Made by a program: the position numbers and the translations under genes. Shown piece after piece: positions 35,490 through 45,087 of a DNA stretch of 64,000 bases. The stretch lies in IMG/VR virus record IMGVR_UViG_3300025849_000025, positions 16,100 to 80,099 of that record; one strand, 5' to 3'. The first letter of the stretch is position 1; every line of letters begins with the position of its first letter. A model generated the notes under the pieces. The model had not been told where the DNA came from and made no database searches. It saw only the letters and a program-made list of their open reading frames with translations. The stretch comes from a virus.

Positions 35490-35681
35490 TTAAGATTTTT
35501 GCAAGCTGATTCGTTCTTGAATCATAGAAATCTCATCTTTTAATTTCAGTTTGTCAACTTTAAATTTTTTGATGTACTTATCAGGTGCTTTTTCAGCTTC
35601 TAATGCTTCAATCACAGAGTGAAGGTTCTTGTGTCGATCCTCCAATAACCCCAGTCGATGAGTGTAATCTTCTTCTTTCAT
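35490..35681 (-). CDS. YdcH/DUF465-like small coiled-coil protein
   Basis: LEDRHKNLH...KVDKLKLKDEI. Confidence 0.65.
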   Translation of the reverse strand: MKEEDYTHRLGLLEDRHKNLHSVIEALEAEKAPDKYIKKFKVDKLKLKDEISMIQERISLQKS

Positions 35682-35690
35682 ATTGACCCC

Positions 35691-38237
35691 CTATACAAAG
35701 AAATTATCTAGTGTGTTTATCTTAACTGCCGACCAACCAATCGCCTCTAGGATAGACTCTAGTGGGCTTAGGAAGACCTTTTCGAATTGCTTCTCATAGT
35801 CTATATAGTTCGCCAACTCAAACTCTGGTGGCAAACGTTGTCCTGGGAACGAGATAATATTCTCTCGAATTGGGTTTGGTGTCTTGAGATAGACAAACTT
35901 AATCTTGTCCCCACCTGCAATAGGCTCATACGTTTTGCTCAAACCTCTTTTCTTCACTTCGTGATTGTATAGAATACAGCCCCGAACGTGCATTGGACAA
36001 CCTTTGCGATAGAGTGACGTAGAATCCATATACTTGCCGATTTCTTGTGTGCCACTATTACGACCAATATCTTCTGGTGGTAACTCAAAGAACTTTTTAC
36101 GGAATTCTTCGATAAACTCTTGTACAGTCTCTTCGTTACCATTCATGATAACTGAGAAAGACTCTTTAAGCTTATCACGACACACCTCAGGTGTTGACGA
36201 ACGTACAGACTCAAGACCAGTCACGGAAACCTTTGGCTTATCGTAATGTACACCCTCAGAGTTCAAGGTGTTCATGATATAACGCTTCTTAGCAATAAAG
36301 ATGGACTTGTCTGTAATCTTCTCACGCTTCATGAACATCGCTTGGCGATACGCACCCATTTCCTTGGCAAGCTTTTCATAACCAGCATCAATAACAGGTT
36401 CGATCTTCATCTGGCAGACCTTATCAAGAAAATCTTCGCCCTTCTTACGATCAACATCCACCGTACCAAATGCGTTCTCAACAATTGGAGCCATGTCAAC
36501 ATAGATAGAGTCAGTATCAATATACACAATGTAATCCTTATCGGTTTTAAGGATACGGTTTAGGTAATCATTCACTGACTTCTGTGCGTATCGAATAGAC
36601 AACTGACCAGATGTCGTAATTGCTTCAGCCATGTCGTTAATATAGTATAGGAAGTACACGTTAGCAGTCGCACCATAAAGGCTGTTCATAGCAATTTTAA
36701 TAGCCATCTGAGAGTTGTGTAGCTGTGTAGCTTCACGCTTAAGACGTGTCTTCTCAGCCCCATCAGTCGCATCTTCTAGTTGTTGTTCTACCTTAAGCAT
36801 GTTCTGCTTGATGACTTTACGGTTGTTGTAGTATTCATCAATGATGCTAGGAATAACACCTTTAAACTTGTTACTAAAACAAGCGCCATTAGCACCAACA
36901 GACATAGTTGGATCATCATTTTGGAAACGTCCTTCCAAAACCATATCCTGTGACACTTGCTTGCGCTCATCTTCTAGGTACGTCTCTGGTGACATATTGT
37001 ATTGCAACATGAGGTGTGGATACAGAGAGTTAAGGTCAAACGACACGATCCATGGATGCATGCCAACCTTTGGGTCTTTCACAAAGCCACCAACAAGTTC
37101 ACCAGCACGTTGACCTGGTTCACCCTTAACTGGTGGAACCTTGCCATCTTTCATAAGGCGTCGATATAGAGTTGTCTCCCAAATACCCACAGTACCAAAT
37201 GCATCTTGATAGTTCACACCGCCGCCATAAGCAACAGTCATGACAAGAGACAACAATCCTGTTTCGTCTTCAAAACGTTGGATCAGTTCTGTATCTTTAA
37301 GGTTATAGTCGAGATATAGCTGCGGGTTTTGTTCGTACAATGCGTTTAGGTTGCCATACTCAGAATAGTCGAGTTTCTTCTCACCAAGAACAGTATATGC
37401 GATATGATCAAGCTTATAGCTTTCTTGTGTGCCATACTTGTATCCAAACTTCTTGAACGCATCCATATAGTCAACAACAGTCATCCCACCGATCTGATAC
37501 GTACCTTGCATCTTACCGAACATCTCACGCTCTTTATGACGGACATTGCGCCATGGGCTTAAGTCCTTCACCCATTCTTCACCGAATAAATGTTTCATGC
37601 GAGTAATAATGTACTGCACGTCAAAGTATTCTACGTTCCATCCAGTGATGATATCGGGATAACGGTTAACCCATAGCTCCTTGAAACGCTTCAATAGAGC
37701 CTCTTCACTGTCGAACTTCATAAAGTGAATGTTATCGGGGTGTAGATCAAGCAAAGTCTTGTTCTTGTCATAGTCCTTAAGACCAAGCAAGTGGTAATCA
37801 GAAGACTTGGATGACTTGTAAGCAATAGATGTAATTGCTTTGTCAGCCGTATTAACATCAGGATAGCCATCAGCAATGTCAACCTCAATATCAAAAGATA
37901 CGATGTTGATCAGGCTTGAATCAAACTTAATTTCATTAGGATACTTCTCTTGGATAAACTGGGACACATAGTTTGTGTTACCAGCAATCTCAAGACCATG
38001 AACATCTTTATAGCGCTCTACAAAGTCTTTGGCTTCTTTCATACTATCAAGTTGATGTGGCACGAGTGGCTTGTCAGTCGTAAGACTTCTAAACTTTGAT
38101 TCAGTAACGTCTTTCTTGCCATTCGTGAAAAGTGTTGGTTGGAATTTAACCTTGCGAGAGAACTGTTTGCCGTTCTCATAACCACGCCACAGAATGTTAT
38201 TACCGAAGCGCTCTACCGATGTATAAAAGTTAGTCAT
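35691..38237 (-). CDS. gp43: Family B DNA polymerase gp43
   Basis: [29 protein letters not shown]; uninterrupted. Confidence 0.97.
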   Translation of the reverse strand: MTNFYTSVERFGNNILWRGYENGKQFSRKVKFQPTLFTNGKKDVTESKFRSLTTDKPLVPHQLDSMKEAKDFVERYKDVHGLEIAGNTNYVSQFIQEKYPNEIKFDSSLINIVSFDIEVDIADGYPDVNTADKAITSIAYKSSKSSDYHLLGLKDYDKNKTLLDLHPDNIHFMKFDSEEALLKRFKELWVNRYPDIITGWNVEYFDVQYIITRMKHLFGEEWVKDLSPWRNVRHKEREMFGKMQGTYQIGGMTVVDYMDAFKKFGYKYGTQESYKLDHIAYTVLGEKKLDYSEYGNLNALYEQNPQLYLDYNLKDTELIQRFEDETGLLSLVMTVAYGGGVNYQDAFGTVGIWETTLYRRLMKDGKVPPVKGEPGQRAGELVGGFVKDPKVGMHPWIVSFDLNSLYPHLMLQYNMSPETYLEDERKQVSQDMVLEGRFQNDDPTMSVGANGACFSNKFKGVIPSIIDEYYNNRKVIKQNMLKVEQQLEDATDGAEKTRLKREATQLHNSQMAIKIAMNSLYGATANVYFLYYINDMAEAITTSGQLSIRYAQKSVNDYLNRILKTDKDYIVYIDTDSIYVDMAPIVENAFGTVDVDRKKGEDFLDKVCQMKIEPVIDAGYEKLAKEMGAYRQAMFMKREKITDKSIFIAKKRYIMNTLNSEGVHYDKPKVSVTGLESVRSSTPEVCRDKLKESFSVIMNGNEETVQEFIEEFRKKFFELPPEDIGRNSGTQEIGKYMDSTSLYRKGCPMHVRGCILYNHEVKKRGLSKTYEPIAGGDKIKFVYLKTPNPIRENIISFPGQRLPPEFELANYIDYEKQFEKVFLSPLESILEAIGWSAVKINTLDNFFV

Positions 38238-38275
38238 GACAATCCTTAATTTGTGTTCCTACTATGATAACACAG

Positions 38276-38725
38276 TTATTCGTCTTCGTCAACTACTTCT
38301 TCAACTTCTACACCGTTACTGATGTATGTTTCGATGTAGTCTGACTGATACCCAACCTCTTCTAAAAATTCAAGCCTGTCAAAGAAGTCATCTGATTGAG
38401 CTTCCCAGTCTTCTTCAAGTTTCTCTTTTTCTTCTTCTGTCCACCCAGAATGGAATACAAAGTAACTATGACCAGAAGTTGTTGTCTGGATATCACACTC
38501 TTCGAAGTCACTATGGCAAAGTTCTACTGCATCATCGACGATTTCTTGTAGCATGTTTGCTTCTTCTTCGTTTTTGACTGTGACGTATAGTTCACCAGAC
38601 TTCCATTCAGTTTGAATGTTCACACCCTTTAGGCCATCATTCAGTGGGGTAAACACTTCCACATCCACATAGTCCCAACGATTTTTGTTTATCAATGAAT
38701 AGGTTTTTCCAACTTCAATTTTCAT
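38276..38725 (-). CDS. Highly acidic hypothetical protein, related to 55085-55606
   Basis: D/E-rich 149 aa. Confidence 0.65.
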   Translation of the reverse strand: MKIEVGKTYSLINKNRWDYVDVEVFTPLNDGLKGVNIQTEWKSGELYVTVKNEEEANMLQEIVDDAVELCHSDFEECDIQTTTSGHSYFVFHSGWTEEEKEKLEEDWEAQSDDFFDRLEFLEEVGYQSDYIETYISNGVEVEEVVDEDE

Positions 38726-38943
38726 TTCTTGTACTCCATCTCAGTAATTACATCAATCCCTTCTTTATCATTAGCGATACCAAGTGCCAGTGCTTGAATA
38801 TCATCAATTAGGTTTTGACAAGCCTTTTTATCATATTCTTTGTAAGAAATCTCAGCAAATTCATTACGGACACGGTGTAACAGAATAGCCTTGTCGTGCA
38901 TTGCATTTATTCTTCTGATTAAGTCTTCGATTGAATGTTGCAT
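38722..38943 (-). CDS. Hypothetical protein
   Basis: Start reassigned to MQHSIED (GAGGAG RBS). Confidence 0.65.
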   Translation of the reverse strand: MQHSIEDLIRRINAMHDKAILLHRVRNEFAEISYKEYDKKACQNLIDDIQALALGIANDKEGIDVITEMEYKK

Positions 38944-38956
38944 TACGTTCTCCTCA

Positions 38957-40666
38957 TTAAACAATTTCGCTAAAGTTTTTAACCTTCTGAAAGGTAATGT
39001 TAGAATCAAACTTATCGCCAAACTGCAAGCCCCTGTGGCTGATTACGAATATGTTATCATCTGCGTTCAAGTTGTGTAGTTGGTCGATCAAGTTCTCAAT
39101 ACCTACTGCGTCTAAAGCGCCATCTAGCGTTTCGTCCAACAATAGCAAGTTTGTTGACACGCTGTTGCGTAGTTTGGCAACAGAACGCCATGCCAACATG
39201 ATTGACAATGTAATGCGTAACTTCTCACCCTCAGAGAATGACGCATATGAAAAAGCATCACGGAACCTTGACTTGATAACCTCATTGAAGTTCTCATCTA
39301 ATTGGAAGTCAACAAACAAGTCAAAAGCACCTAGATATGTATTAATCAATTTGTTCATCACTGGGATGTACTGTTTGATGATACGTGTTTTGATGCCACC
39401 GTCCTTTAGGATGGCTTGCACTACAGAAAGAGTTTCTTTGTCTTTATGTAGGACTTCTTGATCAGACTTTGTGGTGCGAAGTGTTTCGTTTAGGCTATTC
39501 AACTTTGTTGTATCGATAGCTTCGACGTCTTTCTCTGCCCTGTCTAATTCGTTTTTATAAGACATTAGAGCGCTTTTAGCCATCTTGATGGTGGCTCTGT
39601 GATCACCGATCTTTAAGTTTCCATCACGAATTTGATCTTCAAGTACAGATATAGCTTCAAGACGATCCGTATAGACCTTATTCTTAATTGCTAATTGCTT
39701 CAACCCTTCTTCCAACTCAACAATCTTTTTGTCTTTATCTGCGATGATACTGGTTTTGAATTCATGCTCAATGCCTTGCTTACACGTAGGACAATCATCG
39801 TGATCGTGGTAGAATGACAATTCTTTCTTATGGTTCGCCATAGTAATTTCTATATTGCGACGAAGTTCATCTGCCTTGTAGTTCTTAGCTTTCATGTCAG
39901 CTTTGTCAGAAATATCATCTACAATCACTTGTATTGTATCTTGAGTAGCTTCGATTTTAGTCTGTGCCTCACTAATACTGTCAAGGTGACCTTTCATCTT
40001 CTCTTTGATCTTATCAACTTCTTCTGTTTTGATAGCACGAATAGATGCGTTGTGTTCCTTCGCTGACTGTAGCTGTGTTTCAACTAAGTCTATCTTGTAA
40101 GTGTTCTCGTTAATCTCAGTCTTGTTATCCGACACACGAGTTTTCAGTAGAGTGTTCATAGTGGAGAAAACTTGAATATCTAATAGGTCTTCAATAATCT
40201 CACGACGTGCCTGTGCTGTAAGTTCCATAAATGGGACATAGGTGGCAGAGCCAAGCACAACGATTTGGTTAAATGACTTGTAGTTAAGATTAAGAATAGT
40301 TTGCTCAAGATATGCTTGATAGTCTTTACTAGCCGCTTCTTGGTCAACAAGTTCACCGTTCTTCCAAATCTCGAATACGTTAGGTTTAATCCCACGGACG
40401 ATCTTGTAATAGTTTTGTGCAATCTTAAAGACCACCTCAACCATAGTCTCACGACCATTAATACTGTTTACCAGTTGTGCTTTGTTAATCTTACGAAATG
40501 CCTTGCCGTAAAGAGCAAACACAATAGCATCCAACAGCGTAGACTTACCACTGCCGTTAGTACCACTGATAAGAGTGGTTCTACTTTTGTCTAGTTGTAT
40601 CTCTGTCCAAGCATTGCCAGATGACAATAGATTTTTGTATCTCACGCTCTGGAATTGAATTTTCAT
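38957..40666 (-). CDS. gp46: Recombination endonuclease ATPase subunit gp46 (Rad50-like)
   Basis: GTNGSGKST, CPTC zinc hook, FSEGE, LLDE, ISH. Confidence 0.96.
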   Translation of the reverse strand: MKIQFQSVRYKNLLSSGNAWTEIQLDKSRTTLISGTNGSGKSTLLDAIVFALYGKAFRKINKAQLVNSINGRETMVEVVFKIAQNYYKIVRGIKPNVFEIWKNGELVDQEAASKDYQAYLEQTILNLNYKSFNQIVVLGSATYVPFMELTAQARREIIEDLLDIQVFSTMNTLLKTRVSDNKTEINENTYKIDLVETQLQSAKEHNASIRAIKTEEVDKIKEKMKGHLDSISEAQTKIEATQDTIQVIVDDISDKADMKAKNYKADELRRNIEITMANHKKELSFYHDHDDCPTCKQGIEHEFKTSIIADKDKKIVELEEGLKQLAIKNKVYTDRLEAISVLEDQIRDGNLKIGDHRATIKMAKSALMSYKNELDRAEKDVEAIDTTKLNSLNETLRTTKSDQEVLHKDKETLSVVQAILKDGGIKTRIIKQYIPVMNKLINTYLGAFDLFVDFQLDENFNEVIKSRFRDAFSYASFSEGEKLRITLSIMLAWRSVAKLRNSVSTNLLLLDETLDGALDAVGIENLIDQLHNLNADDNIFVISHRGLQFGDKFDSNITFQKVKNFSEIV

Positions 40667-41724
40667 AGACTTAATGCCTCATTATATAGTTCATCAACGA
40701 TCTGTTTAATCGCTTGTTTGTTAGCCGATGTGTCAAGAGTTTCGATATATCCATGTAAGATATCCTTAGTATCAGCACTCTCATCAAGAATTTCCTCAAC
40801 ACCACTGTCTTCTAGGTTCAACGAATCTTCGATAGACTTAACATCTGATGCACCACTATCGGATAGTTTGTCAAGGAATAAATCATACACATACGGATTA
40901 GTTCTATTCTTGACGATGACTTTAATGAAAGCATTGTTGATGTTAGAGATATCAAGAGCCTCAACATCCTCAACTGTCATGTCAGCATCATCGTATTCTA
41001 TCTTGTGGTATATAGGTGTGGGGTTAAGTACCCATTCTAAATTGCGTGTCTCAGTATCAAGAACTCTAAAACCACGCTTCCCACCATGATCACTCCACGT
41101 CATCTCATAGGGCGCACCAAGGTAATTGATGTTACCATACTCAGAAGGATGGTGGAAGTGACCAGAGTAAACAGACTCAAAGTGTGAAAATGTTTCTTTG
41201 TTTAAACCATGAGAACACAAGGTTCCCTTCAACATCTCAAAACCTACGATATCAAAGTGACCCATGCAAATGTTTGCAGTAGATGTTTTCAAAATATCTA
41301 ATGACTGTTGGCTATTGGTCTTCGTCAACCATGGAACCATAATTATATCAGTAGAGCCGAAGGTAAGTTCCTTTGGTGTATCCTGATATACATGAAAGTT
41401 GTCATACTCATTCAACAACAAGTCCATTGAGTTGATCTCATTGGTGTTCGAATAGTAGACAGAGTGGTTGCCAACAATAGCATGATATTCAATATTACGA
41501 TTCTGCATCTGATCAAAGAACATCTTCTTTGCTCTGGATAGAGTAACGTAATTAACATATTTACGACGATCAAAGGTATCACCAAGATCAAGAACAATTT
41601 TGATATCATGTTCATCAATATAAGGAAAGAATACCTCAGAGAAAAACTTTTCTTGATGATCCAAGAATACCTTAGTGTCTCCACGTACACCAAGGTGCAT
41701 ATCAGTGATAATTGCTATCTTCAT
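40663..41724 (-). CDS. gp47: Recombination nuclease subunit gp47 (Mre11-like)
   Basis: TDMHLG, LGDTFD, VGNH, GH, SGHFH. Confidence 0.95.
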   Translation of the reverse strand: MKIAIITDMHLGVRGDTKVFLDHQEKFFSEVFFPYIDEHDIKIVLDLGDTFDRRKYVNYVTLSRAKKMFFDQMQNRNIEYHAIVGNHSVYYSNTNEINSMDLLLNEYDNFHVYQDTPKELTFGSTDIIMVPWLTKTNSQQSLDILKTSTANICMGHFDIVGFEMLKGTLCSHGLNKETFSHFESVYSGHFHHPSEYGNINYLGAPYEMTWSDHGGKRGFRVLDTETRNLEWVLNPTPIYHKIEYDDADMTVEDVEALDISNINNAFIKVIVKNRTNPYVYDLFLDKLSDSGASDVKSIEDSLNLEDSGVEEILDESADTKDILHGYIETLDTSANKQAIKQIVDELYNEALSL

Positions 41725-41729
41725 GAAGA

Positions 41730-42257
41730 TTAATCCTTTTTCTTGACGTCTTCTTTTTTCTTAGCTTTATCACGTTCAATCTTGTCTTCAAAGTCTTGAA
41801 CAAATGTATTCATATAATCAGCATTGGTATATAGGTTCAGAACTTCTTCCCCACCCTCATATGTGCCACCTGTTGAAATCATTTGCTGACTTGACTTAAA
41901 CCTAATATACATCTGCTTCTTCTCTTTGGCAATACGACGGAGAAACGCATACCAAATGATCTGTGTAAAGTACGCAAATGGATTAGATGATTTCTCAGAG
42001 TTGAAGTTGCCAATATACAATAGACAATTCTCAATCCCATCAGAGATCATATCATCTTTATACGTGTAGCCACTGAAGTTTGGTTTGGTTGATAGTCGTG
42101 TTGCAATCTGGAAGATACAAGTTCCAATGTAATCTGGGACACGAGGCTTCAAGTCTTCACCCGCCTCTTCAGCTTCTTTACAATCGGCTTGATACTTGAT
42201 CAAGGCTTCCAATAAATCTCTGTTGTTTACATAATTCTTTTTAGCTCGACGTGCCAT
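41730..42257 (-). CDS. gp55: Late transcription sigma factor gp55
   Basis: NYVNN, PNFSGYTYKDDMISDGIEN, NPFAYFTQI..AFLRRI.KEKK. Confidence 0.95.
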   Translation of the reverse strand: MARRAKKNYVNNRDLLEALIKYQADCKEAEEAGEDLKPRVPDYIGTCIFQIATRLSTKPNFSGYTYKDDMISDGIENCLLYIGNFNSEKSSNPFAYFTQIIWYAFLRRIAKEKKQMYIRFKSSQQMISTGGTYEGGEEVLNLYTNADYMNTFVQDFEDKIERDKAKKKEDVKKKD

Positions 42258-42281
42258 AAATGCCTCCTCATAATTTTATTA

Positions 42282-42353
42282 ATTATACCACAGATATCTT
42301 AATTTGTCAACTATGCATTTTTTACTTGACAAGCTTTTCAAGTCGTGTATAAT
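42282..42353. promoter_or_regulatory. Back-to-back consensus sigma70 promoters: minus for gp55, plus pointing antisense into uvsW
   Basis: Minus TTGACA-N17-TATAAT at 42282-42310; plus TTGACA-N16-TATAAT at 42326-42353. Confidence 0.7.
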
Positions 42354-42411
42354 AGGCGTATGCCTTATAAGAACAATAATGATTCTTTAATGCTATTAAG
42401 GATAATTAAGA

Positions 42412-43905
42412 TTATATTTCTACAGTAAAGATTTTAGTCTTAAACTGTTGCTCTCCATACATGTCGATCCTTTTACGAAAATGATCAAGAGTATAGTTGT
42501 TATAAGAACCAGAAGATAGATCATCACTAACATCATAAAGAACAGCTTTATCTGAACCATTACCTTTTCTTAGTGAACGACCAACAGACTGGAATACTTT
42601 AATCTCAGATTTACCACCAAAAGCAAAGATAACATTATCCAATCTCTTAAGGTTAACACCAGTAGAATAAGTGCCAAAGGAAGCAAGGATATTATGTTTC
42701 TTCTCAGGATCATTCTCAACAAGATGTCTAATCCTTTCACGTTCTTCACCTTTAACCCCACCATGAATAAAATGCAGTTCTCTCCCCTCTTTTTGAAAGA
42801 GGGGTTCTAAAACCTTACCATGTTTCTCAACCAAATCAAATAAGACTAAGTTGTTTTGACCTTCTAAAGACCACAATAGATTTCTTAGGAATATGTTTCT
42901 TCTTTCACAATTAACCAAGAACTCTCGCTCAGCACTAAACTTTCTACTGGCGTCAAGTTTATTGATAGCTTTCTTGAAGCCCTTTCTTATCTCTTGACTA
43001 TGTGAAAGAACAATCGCTTTAACTTCGAAGTCAGCAACAGTACCATCATCAATAAGGTTCTTGGTTGTTACATGCTGTCTAACAGAACCAAAACACCCTT
43101 CAAGAACAAGTCGGTGTGTCTTACTCTCTTCTGTTTTCAATGTACCAGTAAACCCATGTCTATAATAACAATCAGGCAACATACCCATAATCGTCTGAAG
43201 TGACTTAGCTTGGAATTGATGTGCTTCGTCACCAAGAACTACTTTAAATTGAGCAAACCATTCTTTAGGTAACTTAACCAATGACTGCCATGTAGATACA
43301 ACAACAGGCTTATCTGTATTTTTCTCAGCACCACCTTTAATCTTGTGGATTGCCTCAGGATCACAGCCATAATCAATGAAGTCACCTTCCATCTGGTGGA
43401 CAAGTGAGATTGTAGGGACAATGATAAGTGTTCTGTGGTTAAACTTTTTATAATAATGCTGCTGGATTAGATAAATGATCAGAGACTTACCAGATGATGT
43501 TGGCGACAAAGATAACGATCTACTATCACGCAAAGCATCTACAATGTATTGGTTTTGGTAATCTCTAGGAATAAACTTACAGTTCACTTCCTTAGCTAAC
43601 TGGATACCATAATCATCAGGGATATCATCTTCGCCATGGATCAAATGGTCAGGAGCATCGATGTCATAACCACGGTCTTCACAGAAAATAATCAACTTCT
43701 TCATCAGACCAACCATCAAGGTAGGACGCATTGGGGAGTAGAGTCTGATAAAACCGTCCCAGATTTTATTCTTGTAAGAAGGTGTGAACATGTAATTTGC
43801 AGGTCTAAACGAAAAGAATTCTTGTATCTCTTGTCGTATGCCTGGATCGGCAGTTACTTTTAGATTGATAGCATCCAGTTGTTCTACAGTAATTACGTCT
43901 GCCAT
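42412..43905 (-). CDS. uvsW: SF2 helicase UvsW
   Basis: PRDYQ, PTSSGKS, DEAH, GFTGT, QSVGRSLR; late promoter TATAAATA at 43938-43945. Confidence 0.95.
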   Translation of the reverse strand: MADVITVEQLDAINLKVTADPGIRQEIQEFFSFRPANYMFTPSYKNKIWDGFIRLYSPMRPTLMVGLMKKLIIFCEDRGYDIDAPDHLIHGEDDIPDDYGIQLAKEVNCKFIPRDYQNQYIVDALRDSRSLSLSPTSSGKSLIIYLIQQHYYKKFNHRTLIIVPTISLVHQMEGDFIDYGCDPEAIHKIKGGAEKNTDKPVVVSTWQSLVKLPKEWFAQFKVVLGDEAHQFQAKSLQTIMGMLPDCYYRHGFTGTLKTEESKTHRLVLEGCFGSVRQHVTTKNLIDDGTVADFEVKAIVLSHSQEIRKGFKKAINKLDASRKFSAEREFLVNCERRNIFLRNLLWSLEGQNNLVLFDLVEKHGKVLEPLFQKEGRELHFIHGGVKGEERERIRHLVENDPEKKHNILASFGTYSTGVNLKRLDNVIFAFGGKSEIKVFQSVGRSLRKGNGSDKAVLYDVSDDLSSGSYNNYTLDHFRKRIDMYGEQQFKTKIFTVEI

Positions 43906-43960
43906 GATAACCTCACATTGTTCATAGTATATGCTACTATTTATACAATGTGGCTAAGGC

Positions 43961-44395
43961 TTAATATTCGCCTGCTTGGAACTTAATCACGTCTACCATA
44001 GACTTAATAATGAAGTTTCGGCTGTGGATAGTCTTGATAATGCTCTCAAGATAGTTAGCATTCTCTGAGTGGTAATCAATTTTAAGACTTAGATTAATAA
44101 TATCTCTATCTGCTTGGATGTGTTTATCCAAGTCAGCACGTATAATCTTTCTTTGGCATGGCTTCCAACCACGAATACGCAAGTCTTCTTCAGCCATTTC
44201 ACCACCGTAGTAGTCACGCTTATCCATCTCAAGTTCTTTATAGTCGCCCTTGAGCTTCTTAACACGCAAAGCTTCTGTGTAATACATGTTGTAATACTTA
44301 CTGTGCAACGAAGGAATGTTTCGAAGTTCGTTCATCAAGTCGTTTTCGTTGATTTTAGAATCTTTACTCCAAATCTCACTGATTTTATTTTCCAA
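43961..44395 (-). CDS. uvsY: Recombination mediator UvsY
   Basis: WSKDSKI, IPSLHSKY, RNFIIK...KFQAG; TTG start with GAGG RBS; TTGACA-N17-TATAAT at 44425-44453. Confidence 0.9.
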   Translation of the reverse strand: MENKISEIWSKDSKINENDLMNELRNIPSLHSKYYNMYYTEALRVKKLKGDYKELEMDKRDYYGGEMAEEDLRIRGWKPCQRKIIRADLDKHIQADRDIINLSLKIDYHSENANYLESIIKTIHSRNFIIKSMVDVIKFQAGEY

Positions 44396-44449
44396 AACAT
44401 AATCCTCTCTATATTAATGAAAGGATTATACCACAAATATTAGAGAGTG

Positions 44450-44938
44450 TCAACCAACTTTTTCGAAGGTATATCTGTCATATCGGAAAGACATGTTAAC
44501 TTCTGGGTAGAATACGTCAGTTCCAGTTATGTCAAGATTTACAGCACTTAGAGATACTGGTGTACAGTTTAGGAAGTTGAACTTCACGTTTAGATTCTTG
44601 TTGCTGTTCAAGATCAGAATGCTGATATCACTGTCAAGACCTTCGACCCCATCTTTCAATGGTTTGTAATCATCAAACTTTTCTGGGCTTGCAAGAGCTT
44701 TCATCCAATTGTAACATTCCATATAGTTGTTCATGTTTTCGTCTACAAGGAAACTGAAGTCTAAATCTTGGTACGCCAATCTGTCGCCAGCAACAAACAA
44801 GTTTCCCATAGGGTTCACTAGCTGTGGAGCTTCTAATGTGACACCTGGGATAAACGCTTTCTGTGTGAAGAACTCTACGTTAGGTAAACGTGATACAGAC
44901 ACGGTAAAACCAATAGGTGATAAGTAATTAGTGTTCAT
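44450..44938 (-). CDS. gp3: Tail tube terminator gp3
   Basis: NYLSPIGF, PNVEFF, IPG, FLVDENMNNY, ILNS; late promoter at 44982-44989. Confidence 0.88.
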   Translation of the reverse strand: MNTNYLSPIGFTVSVSRLPNVEFFTQKAFIPGVTLEAPQLVNPMGNLFVAGDRLAYQDLDFSFLVDENMNNYMECYNWMKALASPEKFDDYKPLKDGVEGLDSDISILILNSNKNLNVKFNFLNCTPVSLSAVNLDITGTDVFYPEVNMSFRYDRYTFEKVG

Positions 44939-45087
44939 TTTCAAAACTTTCCTGTTTGACAATCATTGTTTTCTATGTTATTATTTATAAATGTTACTAA
45001 ATAAGGATTACACAAGTTTGGACAAACAAGACGATCCATGTGATGACGTTACACATTGGTGTGGCTATTTGAAAGGTAAAAGACAGA

